Source: Halarcobacter sp.
GTDB taxonomy: Bacteria > Campylobacterota > Campylobacteria > Campylobacterales > Arcobacteraceae
Assembly (NCBI GenBank): GCA_048571215.1
Contig: CP182352.1
Span: 256,001 to 320,000, forward strand
Direction of reading: 5' to 3'
Length of the DNA stretch: 64,000 nt
Shown: piece after piece, positions 1 to 10,668 of the stretch
Numbering within the stretch: the stretch's first letter is position 1
How the letters are laid out: every line of letters begins with the position of its first letter
Position numbers and translations under genes: made by a program
The notes under the pieces: generated by a model
Seen by the model: the letters and a program-made list of their open reading frames with translations, nothing else
Databases searched by the model: none
Told to the model about the DNA's origin: nothing

Positions 1-374
1 ATGAGGTAAAAGCACATGTTATGAAAGCAAAAGCATACTGTGATGAAGTAGGTGTTGCAAAATGTGTTGCTGAGATAGGGAAAAAAGGTGGAATGTTTGA
101 CAAAGGTGACTTATATATTTGGGCAAACGATTTTGATGGTGTAATTACTGCTCATCCTAAAAAACCACTTGCAGGTAAAAATCTATATAGATATAAAGAT
201 AAAGCTGGTAATCAACTCTTTAAAAACTTTATTGATAAAGTAAAAGCAGATGGTCAAGGATGGGTTGATTATGTATGGGCACATCCTACTACTGGTAAAC
301 AAACTCCAAAATCATCTTTTGTGATTGGAATTGGAGAAAACCAACTTATTGGTTCAGGTTATTATAAAGAATAG
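1..374 (+). CDS. Stand-alone single Cache (sCache_2-like) domain protein, 5' truncated by the window edge
   Basis: Motifs DLYIW..D..G...AHP....GKN....D..G and GWVDYVW.HP; the frame is open upstream of 21 to the window start (EVKAHV-MKAK). Confidence 0.8.
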   Translation, partial: EVKAHVMKAKAYCDEVGVAKCVAEIGKKGGMFDKGDLYIWANDFDGVITAHPKKPLAGKNLYRYKDKAGNQLFKNFIDKVKADGQGWVDYVWAHPTTGKQTPKSSFVIGIGENQLIGSGYYKE

Positions 375-383
375 TAATTTTAC

Positions 384-411
384 AAACTCTTGATTTTTTA
401 ATCAAGAGTTT
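384..411 (+). terminator. Inverted repeat, probable intrinsic terminator
   Basis: aaactcttgatt-tttt-aatcaagagttt directly after the stop codon. Confidence 0.6.
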
Positions 412-491
412 ACTATACCAAACTTAGATGAAATAAGTATATATTTTATATATTTATTTTATCTAACATAACTCTAAATTAGGACAAATAA

Positions 492-2366
492 ATGCAATTT
501 CTTAATAATATTCAAATTAGTAAAAAGCTTGTAATAGCTCCTGCTATTGCAGTGGTATTCTTAGTTGTATTCGCTTTTTTTTCAAATAATGCTTTAAAAT
601 CTGATAAGGAAACTTTAAATGAGATTGTTGAAGTTAAGTTTTCACTTTATAAGGATAGCAGTAAACTTTTGGGAGATATTAATCTTTATAATTCTGTACT
701 ATATAAAATCTTTAGTTTTGCCTCTGGTGGTTATGAACAATCTCAAATAGATAGAGAATTAGCAGTTTTAGAAAAAATTGGTAAAGAGGTTGATAAAGAG
801 GTTAAATTAATTGTTTCACATAAAAATGAGAGCAAAAAAACATTGGAATTGATAAAAGATGTTGAGAAAAATATGAAAGAGTATAAACTAACAGTTGCAG
901 ATGCTATTGATATGTTAAGTATTGATATTGGTATGGCAACACCAATGCTTTCAGTGACTGAAGAGGTTTTTTTATTGGTGAATAAAGAGTTGACTCAGAT
1001 TAATGATAGTGCTGAAAAAGAGAATAATGTAAGTTATCAAAATGCTTTAAAAAAGATTGATAATACTTTATATACTTTATATGTTTTAATTATTGTTGCA
1101 TTGATATTATCAGGAATAACTATAATAGCTGTTACAAACTCTATTAAAAATCCATTAAATAAATTTCAAGTTGGACTTTTAGAATTTTTTAAATATATGA
1201 ATAAAGAAACAAGCGAAGCAAAATTGATTCAACTTGGAACAAAAGATGAATTAGGGGAGATGGCAGAAGCTGTAAATAATGGTATTACAAGAATAAAAGA
1301 GGGGATTGAAAGTGATAGAAAACTTGTGGATAGTTCAATAACTTGTGCTAATGAGGCTAAAAAAGGTTTCTTAAATGTTAGAATTGAAGGAAATACTACA
1401 AACCCATCACTTAATGAGCTAAAAGATGTAATCAACGAAATGTTAAGTGCTGTTGAAGGTAATATTAAAAGTGCAATGGAAGTATTATCTCAATATTCAG
1501 ATTATAATTATAGACCAAAAATTGATATTAAAGATTTAGATGGAGATTTAAAAGCACTTTGTGAAGATGTAAATAGTTTAGGAAGTGCTATTACTAGTAT
1601 GTTAGTAAGTAATAAAGAGGTTGGACTTATATTATCTTCAAGTTCAGAAAGCTTATCAAAAAATGTTGATAGTTTAACAACATCAGCAAATAATCAAGCA
1701 GCTTCATTAGAAGAAACAGCGGCTGCTATTGAAGAGATAACATCAAATATGCAAAATAGTTCACAAAATATTGTGAAAATGACTTCATATGCAAATGATG
1801 TATCTAGTTCTGTATCTATTGGGCAAGATTTAGCTTCTAGAACAGCTTTATCTATGGATGAGATAAATGAACAAACTCAAGCTATTGCAGACTCTATTAC
1901 TGTTATTGATCAAATTGCGTTCCAAACAAATATTCTTTCACTAAATGCAGCAGTTGAAGCAGCAACCGCAGGAGAAGCAGGTAAAGGGTTTGCCGTAGTT
2001 GCTCAAGAGGTTAGAAACCTAGCAAGTAGATCAGCAGAAGCAGCAAAAGAGATAAAAGATTTAGTTGAAAATGCAACATCAAAAGCTAATGGTGGTAAAG
2101 AGATCTCTAATGAGATGATTCAAGGGTATGAAAAATTAAATAAAAATATTCATAATACTTTGGAACTTATCCACGATGTATCAACTTCATCAAAAGAGCA
2201 ATTCTCTGCAATGGAACAAATAAATGATACTGTTAATAGATTAGATAGGGTAACACAAGAAAATGCATCAGCAGCTAGTGAAGCTAATAGAGTGGCTAGT
2301 GAAGTTAATGAAATAGCAGAAAAAGTAGTACAACAAACTGATGAAAAAGAGTTTGATGGTAAATAA
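492..2366 (+). CDS. Methyl-accepting chemotaxis protein with helical periplasmic sensor domain
   Basis: Two TM segments, HAMP-like DELGEMA, signalling motif [34 protein letters not shown]. Confidence 0.95.
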   Translation: MQFLNNIQISKKLVIAPAIAVVFLVVFAFFSNNALKSDKETLNEIVEVKFSLYKDSSKLLGDINLYNSVLYKIFSFASGGYEQSQIDRELAVLEKIGKEVDKEVKLIVSHKNESKKTLELIKDVEKNMKEYKLTVADAIDMLSIDIGMATPMLSVTEEVFLLVNKELTQINDSAEKENNVSYQNALKKIDNTLYTLYVLIIVALILSGITIIAVTNSIKNPLNKFQVGLLEFFKYMNKETSEAKLIQLGTKDELGEMAEAVNNGITRIKEGIESDRKLVDSSITCANEAKKGFLNVRIEGNTTNPSLNELKDVINEMLSAVEGNIKSAMEVLSQYSDYNYRPKIDIKDLDGDLKALCEDVNSLGSAITSMLVSNKEVGLILSSSSESLSKNVDSLTTSANNQAASLEETAAAIEEITSNMQNSSQNIVKMTSYANDVSSSVSIGQDLASRTALSMDEINEQTQAIADSITVIDQIAFQTNILSLNAAVEAATAGEAGKGFAVVAQEVRNLASRSAEAAKEIKDLVENATSKANGGKEISNEMIQGYEKLNKNIHNTLELIHDVSTSSKEQFSAMEQINDTVNRLDRVTQENASAASEANRVASEVNEIAEKVVQQTDEKEFDGK

Positions 2367-2408
2367 TTATTTTCAATTAGATAAATAAAAGTTTAGATAT
2401 ACTTTGGG

Positions 2409-2930
2409 ATGAAAAAAAATATCCATATGGTAATGTTAGGGGATTCTATAATTGGAAGAGGTGATTGGAAAAGAGTTCTTTTTCAAGGACAAATTCTTAA
2501 TTTAGGAGTAGATGGAGATACTACAAAAGGTATCTTAAATAGACTTGATAGTGTTATAAATTTAGAACCTAAACTTTTATTTTTGATGATTGGTATAAAT
2601 GATTTTTGTAATTCAATACCTTTAAATGAAATTTTTGAGAACTATAAAAATATATTGCAAAAGTTGAAAAATAATAATATCAATGTAATAGTTCATGCAA
2701 TACTATTAACCCAAATGAAATCTGTAAATAAGAAGGTTTTAGAGTTTAATAAATTATTGCAAGAGTATTGCAAAAAAGAAGAGTTTACTTTTTTTGATAT
2801 GAATCCATATTTATGTGAAAATGAGCTATTAAAAGAGAGTTTTACTACAGATGGTTTACATCTAAATTTTAAGGCTTATACCCTTTGGGCTAATGAGATA
2901 AAAGGTAATCCTTTTTATCATCTAAATTAA
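2409..2930 (+). CDS. GDSL/SGNH hydrolase
   Basis: GDS, G.GD, GIND and DGLH blocks. Confidence 0.9.
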   Translation: MKKNIHMVMLGDSIIGRGDWKRVLFQGQILNLGVDGDTTKGILNRLDSVINLEPKLLFLMIGINDFCNSIPLNEIFENYKNILQKLKNNNINVIVHAILLTQMKSVNKKVLEFNKLLQEYCKKEEFTFFDMNPYLCENELLKESFTTDGLHLNFKAYTLWANEIKGNPFYHLN

Positions 2931-3551
2931 TATAGCTTCTTTTTTTAATTCATTGAATCTATATTTGTCACCCATCAAATCTAAACATTTGTTGTGTGTA
3001 TTTAAATCTTTTGCATTAAAATCTTTCCCATTTGCTTCAAGGTTTTCATAAATATTTAGTATTTTTTTATCTGAAAGTTCATTTATATTTGATTCTTTTA
3101 CAATAGCTGGTATCTCATTTATATCTTTTTTTGGCATTTTAAAATCACAGTAGTATTGCCCTTTTGTATTTACACCCCAATAGTTAAGTCCAATTTTATT
3201 GTAAAAATTTATTGAAGATGAAACACAAGACATTCTAAATCTTTCAATTTCTGTAGTTGAGTATTTTAAAAAAAGATTTGCCAAAAGTTCATAGGCATAC
3301 CTTTTACCCCTAAACTCTTTTGGAGTTAAGATTCTATGTATAATTAGGTATTGATTATCTCTTGTAGTAGAATAAAAAAGATAACACAGAGTTTCATCAT
3401 CATGTTTAAGACCTAAAGGAGGATATTTCTCCCAACTATAGAAATTATCCCAAAGTTCCATAGCTTCTTTTGCAAAGTTTAGACTCTTGAAATCATCCAT
3501 TGGAACAACTGAATCTAGAAATGTATTTCGTGAAAATTTTACAATATCCAT
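2922..3551 (-). CDS. GNAT-family N-acetyltransferase
   Basis: Motif A (TPKEFRGKRYA) and motif B (SINFYNKIG). Confidence 0.75.
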   Translation of the reverse strand: MDIVKFSRNTFLDSVVPMDDFKSLNFAKEAMELWDNFYSWEKYPPLGLKHDDETLCYLFYSTTRDNQYLIIHRILTPKEFRGKRYAYELLANLFLKYSTTEIERFRMSCVSSSINFYNKIGLNYWGVNTKGQYYCDFKMPKKDINEIPAIVKESNINELSDKKILNIYENLEANGKDFNAKDLNTHNKCLDLMGDKYRFNELKKEAILI

Positions 3552-3776
3552 TTAACCTCTTTTTTAAAAGAGAAAGCCAAATAAATATACCAAAATAAGA
3601 GACCAACTCGATGTGCTTTTATCTACTTTACTATTATTGATTTCAAAAGTCAAGTACTATTAAGCTATTTATTATATAATAGATAAATTTTAATTGATAT
3701 TTCGATTTTATACTATTTTTTAATTAAAATACTAAAGACTTTATTTATTGATTGATAAAATAAAGGAAATTATAAA

Positions 3777-4433
3777 ATGGAAAATATCCGCGTAAAATAC
3801 AATACCTATGAGTTTGGTGAGATTGATATTCATCTAAAAACCCTAAGGGATAAACAAGAATATAGTAACAAAGATGTAGAGCAGTTAAGTGAATATGGAA
3901 TATCAACAGCTACTTGGTCATTATTTGGTGTAGTATGGCCATCTTCAAAAGTGCTAGCTCATTATATGCAAGATTACGATATTGAAAATAAAAGAATATT
4001 GGAAGTAGGGTGTGGGATAGCTTTATCTAGTCACCTTTTAAATAATAGAGATGCAGATATCACTGCAACAGATTATCATCCAGAAGTTGAATCTTTTTTA
4101 AATGATAATATTGAGTTAAATAATAGTAAAAAAATCCCTTTTGAAAGAACCTCATGGATTGATGGGGATGATAAGCTTGGTAAATTTGATTTAATTATTG
4201 GTAGTGATATACTTTATGAAAGATGGCATATAGATGAGTTGTCAGCTTTTATAGAAAAACATGCAAACGATAAATGCGAGATGGTGATAGTTGATCCAGG
4301 AAGAGGAAATCATGCAAAATTTACAAAAGCAATGGCTCTTTTAGGTTTTACACATATTCAATTTAAAGCAAAAGGCTCAGAAGAATATTTGCCAAAAGTA
4401 TTCAAGGGTCAATTGATAAAATATACAAGATAG
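3777..4433 (+). CDS. Class I SAM-dependent methyltransferase (Methyltransf_16-like)
   Basis: GVVWPSS, ILEVGCGI, ATDY, DLIIGSDILY. Confidence 0.85.
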   Translation: MENIRVKYNTYEFGEIDIHLKTLRDKQEYSNKDVEQLSEYGISTATWSLFGVVWPSSKVLAHYMQDYDIENKRILEVGCGIALSSHLLNNRDADITATDYHPEVESFLNDNIELNNSKKIPFERTSWIDGDDKLGKFDLIIGSDILYERWHIDELSAFIEKHANDKCEMVIVDPGRGNHAKFTKAMALLGFTHIQFKAKGSEEYLPKVFKGQLIKYTR

Positions 4434-4442
4434 TAGGAAAAA

Positions 4443-4931
4443 ATGAATTTTAATAAGTTAGATGTTGAACAAAAACAACAACTTCATGAAGAGATAACAA
4501 ACTATGCAAATAGTGTTGGTGGTAAAAACTTTTTTTTAAAGATGATTGAAGAGATAAGGGAACAAAAACCAAATCCAATTTTAAATAAAAGTGGAATATT
4601 TCATACCACAAGATTAAAAATAAGTTTAAATAAAACCATATTTAAAGATACTTTTTCAACTTTATTTGATGCTATTAGAAGAGAAGAGAGAGTTGGAGAT
4701 ATGTTAAATAGTGTTGATACAAAAGAGTATAAAAATTGTATGAATATGATGAAAACATTAAAAAGTACAATAATTACAGTACAAACAAAAAATGAAGAAG
4801 ATGGAGAGGGTTTTAGTTTCCCTATTTTGGATACAAGTGTAGAAAAAAACACAAAAGTAACTTTTATATATAAAGTTATCTTCTTTTACCATCTAGATGA
4901 GGCAAAAAAGGCTTTGAACTACAATGCATAG
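4443..4931 (+). CDS. Hypothetical protein
   Basis: 162-aa ORF with AGGA RBS, in an operon-like run. Confidence 0.7.
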   Translation: MNFNKLDVEQKQQLHEEITNYANSVGGKNFFLKMIEEIREQKPNPILNKSGIFHTTRLKISLNKTIFKDTFSTLFDAIRREERVGDMLNSVDTKEYKNCMNMMKTLKSTIITVQTKNEEDGEGFSFPILDTSVEKNTKVTFIYKVIFFYHLDEAKKALNYNA

Positions 4932-5112
4932 AAAAAGGTTTAATATAAAACAGGGATTAAGGGTTAATATTGTTTTAAAACAAGACCAAAGAACTGGAAA
5001 ACTAACACAAGGGGTTGTTAAAAATATTCTTACAAACTCCCCAAATCATCCCCACGGGATAAAAGTAAGACTTACTGATGGTCAAGTTGGACGAGTACAA
5101 GAGATTTTATAA
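4924..5112 (+). CDS. YwbE / DUF2196 family protein
   Basis: VLKQDQRTGKLTQGVV..ILTNSPNHPHGIKVRL.DGQVGRV. Confidence 0.9.
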   Translation: MHRKRFNIKQGLRVNIVLKQDQRTGKLTQGVVKNILTNSPNHPHGIKVRLTDGQVGRVQEIL

Positions 5113-5573
5113 TGACTTTGTATGTTGATGGAGATGCTTTCCCTAATCTTTTGAAGCCTATTATTTATAAGGCTATAATAAGAACAAAACTACAAACAGT
5201 AGTTATAGCAAATAAAAAGATCGATATTGGGAAATCTGATTTAATAACTTATCAAGTCGTAAGTCAAGGTTTAGATGAAGCCGATGACAAGATTGTAGAA
5301 CTTGTCTTAGAGGGTGATTTGGTTATAACAGCTGATATCCCTTTAGCAAGTAGAATAGTGGAAAAAAATGCTCATGCAATAGACCATAGAGGAGAGCTTT
5401 TTACCCAAGATAATATCAAAGAGTATTTAGCTATGAGAAACTTGATGCAAGAGATAAGAGATAGTGGGGAGCTTACCAAAGGACCAGCACCCTTTAGTGC
5501 AAAAGATTCTCAAAAATTTGCAAACCAATTAAATGCATTTTTGCAAAAATATAGAAAAAAGGATTTATCATAA
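5112..5573 (+). CDS. YaiI/YqxD (DUF188) family protein
   Basis: YVDGDA.P, D.ADD.IV, DLVITADIPLA. Confidence 0.9.
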   Translation: MTLYVDGDAFPNLLKPIIYKAIIRTKLQTVVIANKKIDIGKSDLITYQVVSQGLDEADDKIVELVLEGDLVITADIPLASRIVEKNAHAIDHRGELFTQDNIKEYLAMRNLMQEIRDSGELTKGPAPFSAKDSQKFANQLNAFLQKYRKKDLS

Positions 5574-5638
5574 TATCTACAGATAAGACTCTTTTAGAGC
5601 AATTTCAAAAATTTTGTGAAGTAAACAAACCAAAAGAT

Positions 5639-6448
5639 ATGGAAACAGCAGTAAACTATTTTGCTGTATTTGGTGGTCTTGATGTTAAACTTGATATGAG
5701 TAAGCCCCTTAGAAGTTTGATAATAAGACATATATTAAATGAGTATTATGATATACAAGACCATATTGCAAAACTTACAAAAAACTCTGCACCATATCAC
5801 AAGGTTCTAACTGGTATCGCTTTAGGGGATAGAAGAACAAACTCTAGTTTTAAAAGAGCAGATATAGAGTATGAAGAGGGGATTAAAATCATCTACGAAC
5901 TTGAAGAGTTAGAGATAGTTAAAACTGAAACCTCTATGGATCATCTAACAAATCAGTTTGAAGAAAATGATTCTTCAGATAAACTTCTTTTTACTACACC
6001 TTTTTTAAGGTTTTGGTTTGCTTTTGTTTCTCCTGTTTATAGAGGGATAAAACGGGGAGAGTTTGATGAGAGTTTTGAAAGATTTAATAACTATCAGTTG
6101 GAGTTTATGGATTTGATTTTTGAACAACTTTGCCATGAATATGTAAAAGCAACTTTTGTTGAAGATGAGATAGAAGAGATTGGAAGATATTGGGATGAAA
6201 AACTAGATATCAATCTTTTAGCTCAAACAGTAAGTGGGAAAGTTATAATAGGTAGTTGTAAATATACAAATAGTAAAGTGAAAAAAAGCGAAATAAATAG
6301 ATTAAAAGATATTTGTGAAAAATTAGAGATAACCCCTGATTTTGTAATGCTTTTTTCAAAAAGTGGTTTTACAAATGAGTTGAAATCTGAAAAAAAAGAT
6401 GGACTTAAACTATATACAGTAAAAAGTTTAAAGGCATTGATTATATAA
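5639..6448 (+). CDS. DUF234-domain protein with C-terminal nuclease-like fold; true start may be upstream (about 5570)
   Basis: YFAVFGG, PFLRFWFAFV, IGRYW, SCKY, LFSKSGF. Confidence 0.75.
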   Translation: METAVNYFAVFGGLDVKLDMSKPLRSLIIRHILNEYYDIQDHIAKLTKNSAPYHKVLTGIALGDRRTNSSFKRADIEYEEGIKIIYELEELEIVKTETSMDHLTNQFEENDSSDKLLFTTPFLRFWFAFVSPVYRGIKRGEFDESFERFNNYQLEFMDLIFEQLCHEYVKATFVEDEIEEIGRYWDEKLDINLLAQTVSGKVIIGSCKYTNSKVKKSEINRLKDICEKLEITPDFVMLFSKSGFTNELKSEKKDGLKLYTVKSLKALII

Positions 6449-6449
6449 A

Positions 6450-7517
6450 ATGAACCTAATCTCTTTTGATTATAAAAATAAAAAAGATAAAGCTCTTGTG
6501 GAGGAGTTTATCTTTTCCTCTAAAAGAAAAAAATTTATCCTTGGAATTAATAAGTTTACAAAATCAATCCAAAAATATATTGAGGTTGATGGAATAATAG
6601 ATGATTTTACTAGGGTTCAAAGCTCAAGAAAAAAAACAATCTATAAAATTGATGAGGTTCCAAAAGATGCCTTAATCTTATCTGTCTCAAGAGGAAGTCC
6701 TTTGGAAGTTAAACAAAAACTTGATAAAAGAGGTTTTGATAATATAAACTATTTATCCTTTTACAAGTACTCAAATTTTGATTTAAAAGAACCACCTTTT
6801 ATATGTGATTTTGAAGAAGATTTTAAAAACAATAAAGAGGAGTATAGAAAAGTTTATGGGCTTTTAGCTGATGAAAAATCAAAAGAGGTATTTACCAAAG
6901 TTATAAACTTTAAGATAAGTTTTGATTTGGAGTTTATGACAGGCTTTACAAACAATCACCAAGATCAATATTTTGATAAAGAGTTAATTTCAAGTATGGA
7001 TGATATAGTTTTTGTAGATGGTGGAGCATATGTTGGTGATACCCTTCCTCAAATAATAAAAAACTTTCCAAACTACAAAAAAATATATTGTGTAGAACCA
7101 AATGAACTACATATAAACATCGCAAAAAGAGATTTTGTAAATCAAAGAGATTTAGAGTTTATAAACTGTGGCTTGGGAAAAGAAAAAATCCAAAACAATG
7201 AATCACAAGATAAAAAACACCATGGAGAACACGATTATCAAGCACAAAATATAGATACGATAGATAATCTTATAAGTGAAAAGGTGGATTTTATAAAGTT
7301 AGATATAGAAGGTGCAGAACAAGATGCAATAGAAGGTGCAAAACAAACCATCAAAAAATACAAACCTATACTTGCTATTTGTATATACCATAAGGCTCAA
7401 GATTGGTATATGGTGCCTAAAAAAGTCTTAGAAATAGAATCTGAATATGCTATTTATCTAAGACATTATATGGAAGGTATATATGAAACAGTTATGTACT
7501 TCATCCCTAAAAATTAA
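6450..7517 (+). CDS. FkbM-family methyltransferase
   Basis: FVDGGAYVGD, EPN, IKLDIEGAE, LAICIYH. Confidence 0.9.
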   Translation: MNLISFDYKNKKDKALVEEFIFSSKRKKFILGINKFTKSIQKYIEVDGIIDDFTRVQSSRKKTIYKIDEVPKDALILSVSRGSPLEVKQKLDKRGFDNINYLSFYKYSNFDLKEPPFICDFEEDFKNNKEEYRKVYGLLADEKSKEVFTKVINFKISFDLEFMTGFTNNHQDQYFDKELISSMDDIVFVDGGAYVGDTLPQIIKNFPNYKKIYCVEPNELHINIAKRDFVNQRDLEFINCGLGKEKIQNNESQDKKHHGEHDYQAQNIDTIDNLISEKVDFIKLDIEGAEQDAIEGAKQTIKKYKPILAICIYHKAQDWYMVPKKVLEIESEYAIYLRHYMEGIYETVMYFIPKN

Positions 7518-7628
7518 TCTTTTAGCAAATCCCTGCGTTGAAGAATAAAATTAATTCAATCACATACTTTAGTATGTTCAATCATTAATTTTATTCTTCG
7601 CCTTGAGCTTTACTAAAATATTAATTTT
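7510..7628. repeat. Nested palindromic element of about 120 bp (REP/MITE-like) between convergent genes
   Basis: Three nested inverted-repeat arms: about 20 bp with 2 mismatches, 16 bp perfect, 7 bp perfect. Confidence 0.7.
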
Positions 7629-7648
7629 TAATAAGTTTTGTGGTGATT

Positions 7649-8404
7649 TTATTTACAAAACTCTTCTATTTTTGAAGCAAAATAAACAGGACACTCTATC
7701 ATAGGATAGTGACCTGATTCTTGACACTCAACAATCTGTACATCTTTATATGCTGAAAAGATTTTTTGTATATTTGCTTTTGCAAAAACAGGAAAATCAT
7801 ATTTCCCAACTATTATCTTGATAGGAATATTTATACTCTCTTCTGCATCTTCTAAAAAGTCAGTATTTAGATACATCGACATATAACCAACTCTAGCTTC
7901 TAAAATAGATGAGGTATAGGCGATATCTATTCTATAATCCTTCCATGTTTGGTTATATCTTTTACTAGCACTATTTACTATCTCTTCAATTTTCCCACTA
8001 TTTTCATTCAATTGCGCTATCATAGTTTTTTTTGCTTCATCTTTCATTTTTATACCCTCCGCACTAATTGGAGTTACTAAAACAAGTTTTTTTATTCTAT
8101 TATCAATCAAAGCAATTTTTTGGGCTATCATTGTAGACATTGAGTGTGCTACTAGAAAAACTTCATTCAGATTTAAATTTGTTATTAGGTTTTTTAAATC
8201 TTGGGCTGCTTCATCACAAGTATAAGAACCTTTTATCTCTTTTGATGAACCATAACCTCTTAAATCAACAAAGATAAAAGTATAGTTTGTGGTATCAAGA
8301 TAGGGTATAGTTTTCTCATAGTTTCTACTATCTCCCATAAGCTCATGTAAAAAGAGAACTTTTTTTTCTCCTGAACCTATTATTTTATGTGCTAACTCAA
8401 CCAT
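7649..8404 (-). CDS. Alpha/beta fold hydrolase
   Basis: LFLHE, DLRGYG.S, AHSMS nucleophile elbow, C-terminal SGHYP. Confidence 0.9.
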   Translation of the reverse strand: MVELAHKIIGSGEKKVLFLHELMGDSRNYEKTIPYLDTTNYTFIFVDLRGYGSSKEIKGSYTCDEAAQDLKNLITNLNLNEVFLVAHSMSTMIAQKIALIDNRIKKLVLVTPISAEGIKMKDEAKKTMIAQLNENSGKIEEIVNSASKRYNQTWKDYRIDIAYTSSILEARVGYMSMYLNTDFLEDAEESINIPIKIIVGKYDFPVFAKANIQKIFSAYKDVQIVECQESGHYPMIECPVYFASKIEEFCK

Positions 8405-8525
8405 GTAAACCTTTTTTTTTAATTTTATAAAGAAATTATGTTAAAATCTTAATTAGTAGTACATTAAGACATTTATAATACATAATGTTTTACTATAATA
8501 ACATAAAATCTTAAAAGGCAAAACC

Positions 8526-10649
8526 ATGAATCTATCTAGTATAAAATCAAAACTTTTAATACTTTTACTTATTAGCATCTCTTGTTCTTTTTTGATACTT
8601 GGGTACTATAATGCCTCAAATGCATACGAATCAGAATATAACTTAGTAAAACATGAGCAATTTGTTTTGTCTAAAGATACCTCTAAATTTATTAATGGAT
8701 ATTTAGAATCAAAAATTAAAGTAGTTTCTTCAGTCGCAAGTATGATAAAGAATGAAAACTTGAATATTGAAAATAAAGTTTTGGTAGACCAATTAATGCT
8801 AGGAAAACAAGCAGGTGATTTTGCCAGTATGTATTTAGGTTTAGAAGATAGTGGTGATTTAATTAAGTTTAATGGAGTTTTAAAAAGTATAGCTACTATG
8901 AATTATGATGCTAGAGTTAGACCTTGGTATAAAAAAGCTTTAAAGATAAAAACTACAGGAGTTACGGAACCTTTCGTTGATAATACCACAAAGCGATTAG
9001 TTATTACTGTTTTTGCACCCTATGAAAAAGATGGCAAATTGATAGGTGTTGTTGGTGCAAATATATTTTTAGATACTGTAGTAAATGAGATATTAAATTT
9101 AAAATTGGGTGATGGAGGATTTGCATATCTTTTATCAAATGATGGAAAAATATTAATTCATAAAAATAACAAACTTTTGAAAAAAGAGAGTCTTTTATTT
9201 AAAAATGTTAGAACAAAAGAGAATGATAGATTTTCAGAAGCTAGTGAAAATGGAAACAAAAAACTTATTGCTTATAGTAAAATTCCTATCTCTTCTTGGT
9301 ATTTAGTAGTCGAATTAGAAAAAGATACTATATTTAAAGAGATAAAAAAAAGCATTTTAAAGCAAGTCTTTCTTTATATAGGTTTATTAATCATAATTTT
9401 AGCTTTAATATATTTCTTTTTAAGAAAATTATTAAGTCCTTTAACTACTCTTGAAAATGGATTAAATAGTTTTTTTGAATATTTAAAAGGAGAGAAACAT
9501 AATGTTTCAGCATTAAATATTCAAACAAATGATGAGTTTGGAAATATGGCTAAAAAAATAGATTCTCAAATAGAGTTTATAAAAGATGGCATGGAGAAAG
9601 ATAAATTATTGATTCATAATGTTAAAGAGGTAGTTACCAAAATTAAAGATGGAAATTTAGATGTTCAAGTAAAAAAAGAATCTACAAATCAATCACTAAA
9701 TGAATTAAAAGATATATTAAATGATATGATTTTAACAATAAGTCAAAATGTAAATAGTGATATAAATACAATATTACATGCCCTTGAAGATTATTCAAAA
9801 TTAGATTTTGTAAACGAAGTAAAGAATCCTACAGGGAAAATATCAAAAGGTTTAAATGGCTTATGTAATATTATCAATGAGATGTTGCAAGAGAACTACA
9901 AATTGGGAATGACCTTAGAAAATAATGCAAAACTATTACTTGAAAATGTTGATACTTTAAATCGTTCTTCAACTGAAACAGCAGCATCTTTAGAAGAAAC
10001 ATCTGCTTCAATAGAAGAGATTACATCAACAATAATAGAAACCACACAAAATATTTCAAAAATGGCAGTTTATTCGAACAATTTGATCAAATCAATTGAA
10101 AAAGGTCAAAATTTGGCAAAACTTACAGTTGAGTCAATGAATGAAATCAATGAACAAACAACTGCCATAGCAGAGGCTATTACTGTAATTGATCAAATTG
10201 CTTTCCAAACAAATATTCTTTCACTAAATGCTGCAGTAGAAGCAGCAACAGCAGGAGAAGCAGGAAAAGGATTCGCTGTAGTTGCTCAAGAGGTTAGAAA
10301 CCTAGCTTCAAGAAGTGCAGAAGCAGCAAAAGAGATAAAAGATTTGGTTGAAAATGCAACAATAAAAGCAAATACTGGAAAGAAAAATGCCGATGAGATG
10401 ATTCATGGATATGTTGAATTAAATGAAAATATAAATAATACAAATGAAATAATCAAGCATGTTGAAAGTGCTTCAAATGAGCAAAAACAAGGTATTGAGC
10501 AAATAAATGATGCTGTAGCAAAACTTGATCAAAGAACACAAGAAAATGCAAGCGTTGCTAATCATACACAACAAATCTCTACAGATACTTCTAATATTGC
10601 TAAAAATATTATTGAAAATGTAAGTACTAAAAAGTTCAGAAAAGAGTAA
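8526..10649 (+). CDS. Methyl-accepting chemotaxis protein with dCache_1 sensor
   Basis: [23 protein letters not shown] signalling hairpin. Confidence 0.95.
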   Translation: MNLSSIKSKLLILLLISISCSFLILGYYNASNAYESEYNLVKHEQFVLSKDTSKFINGYLESKIKVVSSVASMIKNENLNIENKVLVDQLMLGKQAGDFASMYLGLEDSGDLIKFNGVLKSIATMNYDARVRPWYKKALKIKTTGVTEPFVDNTTKRLVITVFAPYEKDGKLIGVVGANIFLDTVVNEILNLKLGDGGFAYLLSNDGKILIHKNNKLLKKESLLFKNVRTKENDRFSEASENGNKKLIAYSKIPISSWYLVVELEKDTIFKEIKKSILKQVFLYIGLLIIILALIYFFLRKLLSPLTTLENGLNSFFEYLKGEKHNVSALNIQTNDEFGNMAKKIDSQIEFIKDGMEKDKLLIHNVKEVVTKIKDGNLDVQVKKESTNQSLNELKDILNDMILTISQNVNSDINTILHALEDYSKLDFVNEVKNPTGKISKGLNGLCNIINEMLQENYKLGMTLENNAKLLLENVDTLNRSSTETAASLEETSASIEEITSTIIETTQNISKMAVYSNNLIKSIEKGQNLAKLTVESMNEINEQTTAIAEAITVIDQIAFQTNILSLNAAVEAATAGEAGKGFAVVAQEVRNLASRSAEAAKEIKDLVENATIKANTGKKNADEMIHGYVELNENINNTNEIIKHVESASNEQKQGIEQINDAVAKLDQRTQENASVANHTQQISTDTSNIAKNIIENVSTKKFRKE

Positions 10650-10668
10650 AAGGGTTCTACCCCTTTTA
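10647..10668 (+). terminator. Probable intrinsic terminator
   Basis: taaaaggg-ttctac-ccctttta. Confidence 0.55.

Noticed and set aside
5639..6448. DUF234 protein plus neighbouring methyltransferases as a restriction-modification or defence system
   Set aside because: The methyltransferases are FkbM- and Methyltransf_16-type, without DNA MTase motifs such as DPPY/NPPY or PC
8455..8494. Imperfect inverted repeat at an MCP promoter, with a similar ACATT/AATGT pair at 21564-21590
   Set aside because: Spacers differ (18 vs 11 bp) and the arms are AT-rich, so a shared operator is not supportable
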